This document shows, in pieces, positions 48,382-56,633 of a stretch of DNA of 64,000 bases (positions are counted from its first letter, which is position 1; the number at the start of each line of letters is the position of its first letter). The stretch lies in contig CAZAKZ010000010.1 of NCBI GenBank assembly GCA_964485695.1, forward strand, positions 1,280 through 65,279. The letters are read 5' to 3'. The position numbers and the translations under genes were made by a program. The notes beneath the pieces were generated by a model. It saw only the letters and a program-made list of their open reading frames with translations, searched no databases and was not told the DNA's origin. Source of the stretch: an uncultured Planctomycetota bacterium. GTDB taxonomy: Bacteria; Planctomycetota; JAFGQW01.

Positions 48382-50655
48382 TCAAGAAATCTCTCTGGAC
48401 GCCTCCGGCCGGAGGGGAATGGAGAGGGTGAACCGTGTCCACTTGCCCACCTCGCTGGCCACCCGGATCTCGGAACCCAGGCGATTTGCGATGTCGTGGA
48501 CGATGGCCAGCCCGAGGCCCGTGCCCTTGCCCACGGGCTTGCTGGTGTGGAAGAGATCAAAGATCTTGCCGAGTTCTTCATGGGGGATACCGACGCCGTT
48601 GTCCTGGATGGAGACCTCGACACAATCCTTCACCCTGGCGGTCTGCAGGGTGATGACTCCCTGAACACCCTTCTTCTCGTCGATGGCGTCGGTGGCGTTC
48701 TTGAGCAGGTTCACGAAGATCTGCTGGAGGAGCATGGGATCGGATTCGGGCCGGGGCATTGCCTCCTGGTAATCACGGCAGATGTCGATATCCAGGAGCT
48801 TGATTTCCGCCGTCAGGAGGTTGAGGGACTCCTCCAGCAGATCGGTCAGGTCGACCGCAGTGCGGCCTGACCTGGATTTCCGGGCAAAGCCCAGCAAGCT
48901 GTGGGTGATGTTGGTGCAGCGCTTGATCTGGAAGCGCATCCTTGTGATGACCTTTTCCAGTATGTCCTTGCTGGCTGATTGCAGATTCTCGACTTCGTCT
49001 TCGAGGGTGTCTTCCAACACCCCGGAAATGGTCTCCAACACCGCCAGGGGATTGTTGATCTCGTGGGCCACGCCGGCGGCCATCTTGCCGATGGCGGCCA
49101 GGCGCTCGGACCGGACGAGATCGTCCTTCAGTTTCATCCGGGTGGTGATGTCGCGGCAGATTCCCACCACTTCCTTGGGATTTCCACTCGGGTCGTTGAC
49201 GGTGGTCAGGGAGACGTTGCAGATGGCCTTCTCACCGTCCCGGCGGAGCAATTCCATCTCGTACTGGAGGGCGTGGCCATCGGCGAGGGCTTGGTTGAAT
49301 AGCTCCTGGAACTCTTCCGGCCTGGAACAGAGTTGGAGCGCTGGAGTACCTGCCACCTCGTCGTGAGAGTGGCCCAGAATCCTTTCTGCTTCGGGATTGA
49401 CGAAGGTCACCCGGCCTTCGGTGTCAGTCATGAAGATCAGGTCACGGCTGTTTTCCAGAACCTCGTGGAGCTCCATCTGGGTTTCGCTGAGCTCCTCGCT
49501 GCGCCGCAGCAGCTGGCGTTCGCTCTCGCGAAGCTCGGTGATGTCCTCGATGAGGCCGAACACCCCGATGGTTTCCTCGTCCTTCCGGACCGGAAACAGG
49601 GTGGCGCTGAAGTACATGTCCCGGTCCTGGACGGGCATGACGCCTTCGCCGCGCACCGTCTTTCCGGTCTGAAGGGCGGTTCGCTCCCAGTTCTGGAACT
49701 GCCGCGCGGCCTCTTCCGGGAACACGGCAAAGCCGGTCTGGCCGATGACCTCGTTTTCTCGCAGCCCGAGGGTTTCCAGGGCGTGCCTGTTGATGACCCG
49801 GAAGCGGAGGTTGACGCCTTTCATGAAAATGAACAGCGGGGCCGTATCGATGAACTGGTTCAGCCGCGCCCGGGTTTCCTTGAGCTTCTCTTCGGTATCC
49901 ACCCGCTGGGTGATGTCCATCACGGTCTCGACGACGCCGAGGACGTTTCCTTGCTCGTCCCGGATCGGAGCGGCACGCACCGTGGCAAAGTGCTCACCGC
50001 CCTCGTCATCCACCCGGCTGACCACCGTGTAGACGTCGCGGCCGGCCTTGAGCGTTTCACTGTGAGGGCATCCACCGACAGCGATGTCGCACCCGGGCCG
50101 GGATTTCTGCTCGATGTCGTAGCAGTACTCTCCGATGACGGAGTCCAGGGAAAGGTCATTGGCCTTCAGGAACGTGCGGTTGGCGAGCTCGACATGGTAA
50201 TCATTGCCGATGACCAGGATCTCGAAGGGTAGGCTGTCCAGGATGTGCTGGAGGCGATTGCGCTCGGCCAGGACGCGTTGCTCGGTCTTGTGGGTGAGGC
50301 GCTTGCCCTCCTCGGCCAGCGCGAAGAGGTCCCAGAAGAACTGCGAGGCGTAGTGGTCGATGAAATGAGCGCCGGTGGGAAGGGCGCGGAAGATCTCGTC
50401 GCGAATGTCGTTCCGGCCTGTCAGCTCGACCACCAGGTCGATGTCGTCCCTCTCGATCAACTCGTGATAATCGGTGACGACGGTCTCGATGCCAATTTCG
50501 CGGGCGTATCGGAGTCCGGGGGCGTCTGGATCGGGGTCGGCCACTCCCATGACCATCAGGCCGAAGCGCTGCGGGTCCGCCTGGATCATGGTCAACAGCT
50601 CGTGGCAGGCCCGGCCTCCTCCGACCAGAGCAACGCGTGTTTTACTCCAGATCAT
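48382..50655 (-). CDS. Soluble sensor histidine kinase: N-terminal Rossmann-like domain, multiple PAS domains (one Cys-rich), HisKA and HATPase_c
   Basis: H-box AAGVAHEINNPLAVLE. ATP-lid motifs IQDNGVGIP and GKGTGLGLAIVHDI. PAS-like segments are present, including EYCYDIEQKSRPGCDIAVGGCPHSE. The N-terminus reads RVALVGGGRACHELL...DLVVELTG (dinucleotide-binding-like). No TM helices were seen. Start is at ATG 50655 (MIWSKTRV), or upstream at 50682. Confidence 0.8.
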   Translation of the reverse strand: MIWSKTRVALVGGGRACHELLTMIQADPQRFGLMVMGVADPDPDAPGLRYAREIGIETVVTDYHELIERDDIDLVVELTGRNDIRDEIFRALPTGAHFIDHYASQFFWDLFALAEEGKRLTHKTEQRVLAERNRLQHILDSLPFEILVIGNDYHVELANRTFLKANDLSLDSVIGEYCYDIEQKSRPGCDIAVGGCPHSETLKAGRDVYTVVSRVDDEGGEHFATVRAAPIRDEQGNVLGVVETVMDITQRVDTEEKLKETRARLNQFIDTAPLFIFMKGVNLRFRVINRHALETLGLRENEVIGQTGFAVFPEEAARQFQNWERTALQTGKTVRGEGVMPVQDRDMYFSATLFPVRKDEETIGVFGLIEDITELRESERQLLRRSEELSETQMELHEVLENSRDLIFMTDTEGRVTFVNPEAERILGHSHDEVAGTPALQLCSRPEEFQELFNQALADGHALQYEMELLRRDGEKAICNVSLTTVNDPSGNPKEVVGICRDITTRMKLKDDLVRSERLAAIGKMAAGVAHEINNPLAVLETISGVLEDTLEDEVENLQSASKDILEKVITRMRFQIKRCTNITHSLLGFARKSRSGRTAVDLTDLLEESLNLLTAEIKLLDIDICRDYQEAMPRPESDPMLLQQIFVNLLKNATDAIDEKKGVQGVITLQTARVKDCVEVSIQDNGVGIPHEELGKIFDLFHTSKPVGKGTGLGLAIVHDIANRLGSEIRVASEVGKWTRFTLSIPLRPEASREIS

Positions 50656-51142
50656 ACTTCCTGCGTAGCTCTTCGGTGGCATTGATGATTTCTCGAGACG
50701 AGCCGCCGCTCTTGATTATCTTGTCGAGCTCCTCCTTGAATCGGGTTGTGAGCTGGGCTTCTTTGTGCTCGTAGGCATTCTGGATCTGCTGGAGTAGCTC
50801 TTCGTAGTCGTACGGCTTGATGAGGTAACTGAAGGCGTGAAGCCTGCCGGCTTCCAGAGCCGACTCGTGGGTGCCGTGACCCGTGAGCATGATGGCTTCC
50901 ATGAAGGGCTGCATCTTCCGGATCGACTCCAGGACCTGGATCCCGTCCATCTGGGGCATCTTCAGGTCGAGGATGGCGACGTCGAACTTCTGGTGCTGGA
51001 CGGCTTCCAGGGCCTCGGGGCCGGAGGTGGTGGCTGCCACCGTATATCCACGTTTCAAAAGCCTGTGGGCGAGAAAGGTGACCAGGTCCTCTTCGTCGTC
51101 CACGAGCAGGATGCGTATGGGATTTTTTGCTGCTTGTTCCAT
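50642..51142 (-). CDS. Response regulator, receiver domain with short helical C-terminal tail (no DNA-binding domain)
   Basis: IRILLVDDEEDL, phospho-acceptor context DVAILDLKMPQMDG, and LTGHG...KP. It overlaps the kinase start, which suggests an operon. Confidence 0.85.
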   Translation of the reverse strand: MEQAAKNPIRILLVDDEEDLVTFLAHRLLKRGYTVAATTSGPEALEAVQHQKFDVAILDLKMPQMDGIQVLESIRKMQPFMEAIMLTGHGTHESALEAGRLHAFSYLIKPYDYEELLQQIQNAYEHKEAQLTTRFKEELDKIIKSGGSSREIINATEELRRKYDLE

Positions 51143-51167
51143 GGATCGATGTTCTTACCTTAATTTA

Positions 51168-51194
51168 TCGACCTCCCGTGCCGCGGGAGGTCGA
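51168..51194 (-). terminator. Perfect 11-bp-stem hairpin between the transporter gene and the response-regulator gene (terminator or attenuator)
   Basis: TCGACCTCCCG (51168-51178) pairs with CGGGAGGTCGA (51184-51194). On the minus strand it is followed by TAAATTAAGG. Confidence 0.35.
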
Positions 51195-51285
51195 CCGATG
51201 AAGACATACATAAATGTCGTCGTGCATCGGCGTTTTGTCAAGAACCGAAGCACGGCCACGGTCGACTCGGGTAACGGGGTCCGGG

Positions 51286-52896
51286 CTACCGAGTACCGCT
51301 TTCCAGGACAGAACGGGCGGTTTCAGTGATCCCTTCGGGGAATCCGACGATGCTGAATATTCCCATGAATCCGATGATCCACACCACCACCATGGACAGG
51401 ATCCAGAGCAGGAAGCCGTACTTCACGAAATCCATGGGGTGGATCATCCGCTTTCCGGAATCCGGGTAGACGCCGAGGCCGTAGACGATGGCATTGTTCG
51501 GAGTGCCGACGATGAGGAAATGGGCGAATGAAGTCGCAAAGGCCACGCCCAGTCCCACGGCCCAGGGCTCGCCTTCCACGCCGGTCATGATCCCCATGGG
51601 TATGACAATGGGGCCGAGAAGCGCGGTCGTCCCGGCATCGGACATGAAGTTGGTCATCAGGCCGGAGAGGCCAGACATACCGATCCACAGGCCCAGCCCC
51701 TGACTCATGCCTACCGCACTGAGGATCTCCAGGAAGCTCTGGGCCAGCCATAGCGCCGCACCGCTTTCCTTGAGGAGTGCGCCAAGGGTCAGCGCACCGC
51801 AGTACATGAACCATGCGTCCCAGGATATTCCCTTGAGGATCGTGTTCCACTTCGTGGTTCTGAACACCACGGGAATCAGGAGGGCCAGCAAGGAGGGGCC
51901 GCCGAGGCCGAGTTCCTCCCCGCCCACGATCCACAGGCCCAGGATCAGGAGCAGCATCCCGAAGGTGACGTATTCCGGATATGTCATCTTGCCCATCTTC
52001 CGGGTCTCGTCCTTGATGGACTGGAGCCCCGGGGTGAGGTCTCTGGTCTTGATCTTGCGGCCGAACAGCACCAGCATGTAGACGGCGACGATGATGGCGA
52101 GGATCGGCACCATGGGCAGACCGTATTTCATCCAGGTGAAGAAGCTCATGGGCACGTCGTATTCGCTCCAGAACCCCATCATGATCACATTTCGCCCTCC
52201 CGCTGCGGGAGAACCGACGCCGCCGACATTCAGGGCGAAGCACAGGGTAAACAGGAGGAATTTTGCCAGGGCAGGATCATGCACAAGCTGTCCCGGCGGG
52301 CTCTTGGCCTTCACGGCACCGAAATAGACGGCCGCCATGACCGGAGTCATGAACGCACACATGGCGTGGGCCGAGATGAAGGAGCCCACGACGGACATGC
52401 TGATACACAGCACGAAGACCGGGACCATGAATCCCCTGGTCCAGCCCAGGAGCCAAACGGCCAGGCGCTTGTGAAGCCCGACTCCCACCACAGCTACACC
52501 CATGGCCAGAACGCCCAGCAGAAACATGGGAGCGTCACCGGCAAAGGTCTTGCCGATCATCTGTCTGGGAAGCAAGTGGAGGAAATAGGCGAGCAAGGGC
52601 ATCAAGATGCCGGTGAGTCCGATGGGGATCGCCTCGGTAGCGAAGAAGATGATCGCCATGGGAATGATGCCCAGCACGATCATGGTCTTTCGCGCCGCTT
52701 CCGCAGGGGAGTGCGCGACTTCCCACTTCATCATCTTTTCGGCGAAACCGAACTTCGTCACGGTGTCGACCAGCGATTGGGGCGTGGGCAGGACAAATCC
52801 GATCAGAATGAAGATGCAGACTCCGATGCAGAGCCAAAGCGTCTTGTTGGACAGGATCCCGCCGCCGTTCGTTTCGTGTTCAAGGTCGTGGCTCAT
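51286..52896 (-). CDS. DASS/SLC13-family anion:sodium symporter-like permease
   Basis: Polytopic membrane protein with two hairpin-like repeats typical of the ArsB/NhaD/SLC13 superfamily (FATEAIPIGLTGILMPLL...; ...GTPNNAIVYG). The ATG at 52896 is preceded by GAGGAG. The track start at 52905 is a GTG three codons upstream. Confidence 0.6.
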   Translation of the reverse strand: MSHDLEHETNGGGILSNKTLWLCIGVCIFILIGFVLPTPQSLVDTVTKFGFAEKMMKWEVAHSPAEAARKTMIVLGIIPMAIIFFATEAIPIGLTGILMPLLAYFLHLLPRQMIGKTFAGDAPMFLLGVLAMGVAVVGVGLHKRLAVWLLGWTRGFMVPVFVLCISMSVVGSFISAHAMCAFMTPVMAAVYFGAVKAKSPPGQLVHDPALAKFLLFTLCFALNVGGVGSPAAGGRNVIMMGFWSEYDVPMSFFTWMKYGLPMVPILAIIVAVYMLVLFGRKIKTRDLTPGLQSIKDETRKMGKMTYPEYVTFGMLLLILGLWIVGGEELGLGGPSLLALLIPVVFRTTKWNTILKGISWDAWFMYCGALTLGALLKESGAALWLAQSFLEILSAVGMSQGLGLWIGMSGLSGLMTNFMSDAGTTALLGPIVIPMGIMTGVEGEPWAVGLGVAFATSFAHFLIVGTPNNAIVYGLGVYPDSGKRMIHPMDFVKYGFLLWILSMVVVWIIGFMGIFSIVGFPEGITETARSVLESGTR

Positions 52897-53125
52897 CAGG
52901 AACACTTCTCCTCGGGTTCGATTACCGGCAGTTCATCACCCGGGTGGATGGCCCGACAGTGTGCCGGGTGCACAATATTTCCACCAGACCTGGGTCATTT
53001 CCAGGAAAACCCATCCACGAGAGGGAGCGAGGCGTATCGAAATGGACAGGCGCTCTCAACATGCTTCAAAATAACAAGTTACAGAGATCTCCAGGTCGAT
53101 TGTGAAGGTTTTTTTTCATCCGAGA

Positions 53126-56100
53126 TTATCTCGACTCCCGCTTCCACTTCGGCATGCGCCCGGGCGTCCACGGCGCGCCGGCTCTGTCCAGCTTGTCCTC
53201 AAGGGCCTTCAGGTCCTTCTGCACGAGGATCTTCACCTCGGCCAGCACCTTCTCGAAACCCCGGGCCGCGATGTCGTACGCATTGCGCTGGGTTTGGGTG
53301 GGCGCGCAGTTCCAGTTACCGGCCAGGGCCCGGCGCACCCGGTTCATGAGAGAGGGAGGGGTGGGCTCGAAGTGGCGCTTGATGATGGAGTCTCCGTACA
53401 TGATCCTCCGGATCTTCTCGATACGTTTCTCGAGGCCCCGGGCCTCCGCCTCGAGGGCCTTATCGAGGTGCGGATGGGTCTTGAGGACCTGGAGGATGAG
53501 CTTGACGCGGTTGGTTGCATCCCGGATCACCTCGCCCGTGCCCAGTACGGCGCCCTGGAGACGGCCCGCCTTCTGCATGTATGCAAGCCATACCTCACGA
53601 TCGGGCGCCGGGAGGCTTCCGCTACCGAGGGGCGTCACCTCGAACGTCCTCGCCTCGGCCAGCGGCTTCACCTTGCCGTCGACCTTGAGGGTCATGTGCA
53701 CGCAGTACGTTCCCGGAACCGCCATGAGGCCGCCCCTCGAGGCGCGGAGGGATGCCGGCCTCTGGGACGGCAGGCGGAGATCCCACGCTACCCTGTGGAT
53801 GCCCTTGGACGCTGGGGCCTTGATCCGCCGGATCCGGTTTCCATCCCGGTCGGTGATGGTGAGGAGAACCGCGGGGCTCTCTTCCTTCGCCTCGGCCCGC
53901 AACGCCTCCCAGGTCGGATACTCTACGACGCCGCCCTTCTTCTTGGCCTTCTTCTCCTTCTCTTTACGCTTCTGCTTCCGGGTCTTGGGCCCCTCCTTCA
54001 GGTAGTAGGTGAACACGGCTCCGAAGGGCGGGTTGGGCGCCGTGTAGAAGGCGTGGCCCTGAGAGGCCTTTTTCCCGCCGCCCAGCCGCCTTGTCTGGGT
54101 GTAGATCCAGGTCCGCTTCACCGGGAACATCACGGCCTCCCTGTCCAGGAGCTCGGGCGTCAAGTGGCGAAGCGGGGTGTAGTCGTCCAGGATGTAGAAG
54201 CCGCGGCCGAAGGTGCCGCACGCCAGGTCGTTCTCCCGGCGCTGGATCTCGATGTCCCGCACCGCGATGGTCGGGATGCCGCTCTTCAGCCGAACCCAGT
54301 GCTTGCCCCCGTCCACCGTGAAGAAGACACCGAACTCGGTGCCGGCGAACAGGAGATTCTCGTTCACGTGGTCCTGGGCCACGGCCCACACCGGTCCCCG
54401 CACGGGGAGGTCGCCGTGGATCGGAATCCAGGTCTTACCCTGGTCCGTGCTCTTTGAGATGTAAGGCTTGAAGTCACCCATCTTGTGGTTGTTGAAGCAG
54501 GCGAACACGGTGTCTGCGTCGTGGACCGAAGCCTCCAGGTCCGAGACGTAGGTGCGGTCGGGCACGCCCTCGATGGACTCGATCTTTCGCCAGGTCCTTC
54601 CTCCGTCTTCGGTGACCTGGATCAGGCCGTCGTCGGCGCCGGTATACAGGAGGCCTTCCTTCCGGGGCGATTCCGTGAGCGACACGAGGGTGCCGTAGAA
54701 AGACGTGGACCGGTTCTTGGCCACGGCGTCCACGCCCCATACCCGGCCCATGACCTCGAGCTTGTTGCGGTCAATGCGCCGGGTCAGGTCCGGACTCACC
54801 GCGCGCCAGGAGTCTCCCCGGTCGTCGCTGCGCATGAGTCTGTTGGCGCCGAAGTAGAGGCGGGTGTGAGAATGGGGGCTGATCAGGAGCGCCGAATCCC
54901 AGTTGAAGCGCAAGGCCTCCTCGCCCTCGCCCGGCTGGGGCTGGATGTTGGTGAGTGAGCCGTTCTTCCGGTCGAAGCGGCGCAGTCCGCCGTACTGATA
55001 CTGGGAGTAGACGATGTTGGGGTCCTCCGGATCCACCTGCGGCTCGAATCCGTCGCCGCCCACGGTGATGAACCAGTCGGCATTGGTGATGCCGTGGGAG
55101 GACATCGTCCGCGAGGGGCCGCCCTGAGTGTTGTTGTCCTGGGTGCCGCCGTAGACGTTGTAGAAGGGCAGCGCGTTGTCCACGCACAGCTTGTAGAACT
55201 GGGTCACCGGCAGGTTGGCCTTGAAGTCCCACGTCTTGCCCCGGTCGAAGCTCTCGTAGACCCCGCCGTCGCAGCCGGCCAGCAGGTAGTCGGGATCGTC
55301 GGCATCGAAGGCCAGGGCGTGGTCGTCCACGTGCTTGTACGCCCGGCCCACGTTCTTGAATGTCTTGCCGCCGTCGTCGGTGACCTTCATGAGGGTGTCC
55401 AGGGAATAGACGCGGTCGAAGACGTTAGGATCGGCGAAGATCTCCTGGTAATACTGGGGGCTGGTGCTGATGTAGCTGCTCCGCTTGGACCAGGTCCGCC
55501 CCGCGTCGGCCGAGCGGTAAAAGCCGCTGCCTTTCCCCGCCGCCTCGACGAGGGCGTAGACCACGTCGGGTTTCATGGGGGAGATGGCCAGACCGATACG
55601 GCCCACGTCGCCGCCCGGAAGGCCCTTCCGGAGCTTCTTCCAGGTCTCCCCGCCGTCCACGGTCTTGTAGACGGCCGACTCGGGGCCGCCGTCGATGAGG
55701 GTCCACACGTGGCGGCGCCGCTGGTACGAGGCTGCGTAGAGAACCTCGGAGTCCCGGGGATCGAAGACCACGTCGGTGACGCCGGTGTTCTCGCTGATCT
55801 CGAGAACCCGCTTCCACGTTGTGCCTCCGTCCGTGGTCTTGTAGAGGCCGCGGTCGCCGCCGGGCGCCCACAGGGGTCCCTGAGCCGCCACGTAGACCAC
55901 GTCGGAATCCATGGGGTCCACGAGGATCTTGCCGATGTGCTCGGATTCTTTGAGGCCCACGTTCTTCCAGGACCGGCCGTCATCCACGGATTTATAGACG
56001 CCGTCGCCGAAGCCGACGCTCCGCTGGCTGTTGTTCTCGCCGGTGCCCACCCACACGATGTGGGGATTGTTCGGATCGATGGCCACGCAGCCGATGGAGT

Positions 56101-56407
56101 AGGAGCCCTGGCCGTCGAAGATGGGGGTCCAGGTGGTGCCCCGGTTCCTCGTCTTCCAGACGCCGCCCGAGGCCACGGCCACGTACCAGGTGCTCTTGTG
56201 CCGGGGGTGAATTGCGATGTCGCCGATGCGCCCGGACATGAGCGCCGGGCCGATGCCGCGGAGCTTCAGCCCGCTGACAAGGCCGGCGTCGAGGACGGGC
56301 TTCTTCTTGGCCTCCGTTTTCTTGTCTTTATTCTTGGTTTCCTGCGCCTGGGAAGACCAGGAGCCCAGGATGAACATGGCCAGCATGGCTGCTATGAAAG
56401 TCTTCAT
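53126..56407 (-). CDS. Secreted BNR/Asp-box repeat protein (sortilin/VPS10-like tandem beta-propellers)
   Basis: The ATG at 56407 (GGAGAAGG RBS) gives the signal peptide MKTFIAAMLAMFILGSWSSQAQ. Repeated Asp-box motifs are present: GGVWKTRNRGTTW, SVDDGRSWK, TTDGGTTWK, TVDGGETWK, SADAGRTWS, VTDDGGKTF, SFDRGKTWD, VTEDGGRTWR, STDQGKTW and TVDGGKHW. Confidence 0.75.
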   Translation of the reverse strand: MKTFIAAMLAMFILGSWSSQAQETKNKDKKTEAKKKPVLDAGLVSGLKLRGIGPALMSGRIGDIAIHPRHKSTWYVAVASGGVWKTRNRGTTWTPIFDGQGSYSIGCVAIDPNNPHIVWVGTGENNSQRSVGFGDGVYKSVDDGRSWKNVGLKESEHIGKILVDPMDSDVVYVAAQGPLWAPGGDRGLYKTTDGGTTWKRVLEISENTGVTDVVFDPRDSEVLYAASYQRRRHVWTLIDGGPESAVYKTVDGGETWKKLRKGLPGGDVGRIGLAISPMKPDVVYALVEAAGKGSGFYRSADAGRTWSKRSSYISTSPQYYQEIFADPNVFDRVYSLDTLMKVTDDGGKTFKNVGRAYKHVDDHALAFDADDPDYLLAGCDGGVYESFDRGKTWDFKANLPVTQFYKLCVDNALPFYNVYGGTQDNNTQGGPSRTMSSHGITNADWFITVGGDGFEPQVDPEDPNIVYSQYQYGGLRRFDRKNGSLTNIQPQPGEGEEALRFNWDSALLISPHSHTRLYFGANRLMRSDDRGDSWRAVSPDLTRRIDRNKLEVMGRVWGVDAVAKNRSTSFYGTLVSLTESPRKEGLLYTGADDGLIQVTEDGGRTWRKIESIEGVPDRTYVSDLEASVHDADTVFACFNNHKMGDFKPYISKSTDQGKTWIPIHGDLPVRGPVWAVAQDHVNENLLFAGTEFGVFFTVDGGKHWVRLKSGIPTIAVRDIEIQRRENDLACGTFGRGFYILDDYTPLRHLTPELLDREAVMFPVKRTWIYTQTRRLGGGKKASQGHAFYTAPNPPFGAVFTYYLKEGPKTRKQKRKEKEKKAKKKGGVVEYPTWEALRAEAKEESPAVLLTITDRDGNRIRRIKAPASKGIHRVAWDLRLPSQRPASLRASRGGLMAVPGTYCVHMTLKVDGKVKPLAEARTFEVTPLGSGSLPAPDREVWLAYMQKAGRLQGAVLGTGEVIRDATNRVKLILQVLKTHPHLDKALEAEARGLEKRIEKIRRIMYGDSIIKRHFEPTPPSLMNRVRRALAGNWNCAPTQTQRNAYDIAARGFEKVLAEVKILVQKDLKALEDKLDRAGAPWTPGRMPKWKRESR

Positions 56408-56488
56408 TATCCTTCTCCAAGTTGGATTCGAGGGGAGGAGATTGTATCCGGACCCGGGCGGAGAGTTCAAGCGCGGTGAGGATATGGA

Positions 56489-56588
56489 TCCCACGCCCTG
56501 ATTATTTCCTGGATCGGGACATCTCAGAGGTGTGGGATGCCCCACGTTCCTGAAATGTCCCGATTCAGGAAATAATCTGGGCGTGGGA
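56489..56588. repeat. 100-bp imperfect palindrome (34-nt arms, 2 mismatches, 32-nt spacer with a nested hairpin)
   Basis: 56489-56522 TCCCACGCCCTGATTATTTCCTGGATCGGGACAT pairs with 56555-56588 ATGTCCCGATTCAGGAAATAATCTGGGCGTGGGA. The reverse complement differs at 2 of 34 positions. The spacer contains GTGGG-atgc-CCCAC. Confidence 0.8.
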
Positions 56589-56600
56589 AATCAGCTGGAA

Positions 56601-56615
56601 GCAATACAAAGTCCA
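56601..56615 (-). promoter_or_regulatory. Candidate sigma54-type -24/-12 element upstream of the BNR/sortilin-like gene
   Basis: The minus strand reads TGGACTTTGTATTGC(T). The GG and the TTGCT have correct spacing, and 4 of 6 positions match in the -24 hexamer. It lies 16 nt downstream of the preceding gene's stop and about 194 nt upstream of the ATG at 56407. Confidence 0.3.
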
Positions 56616-56633
56616 GCGTCATAGTGGAAATTC

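Noticed and set aside
52969-52983. Sigma54-like sequence TGGAAATATTGTGCA (minus strand) upstream of the DASS transporter
   Set aside because: The GG-to-GC spacing is one nucleotide too short relative to the TGGCAC-N5-TTGC consensus.
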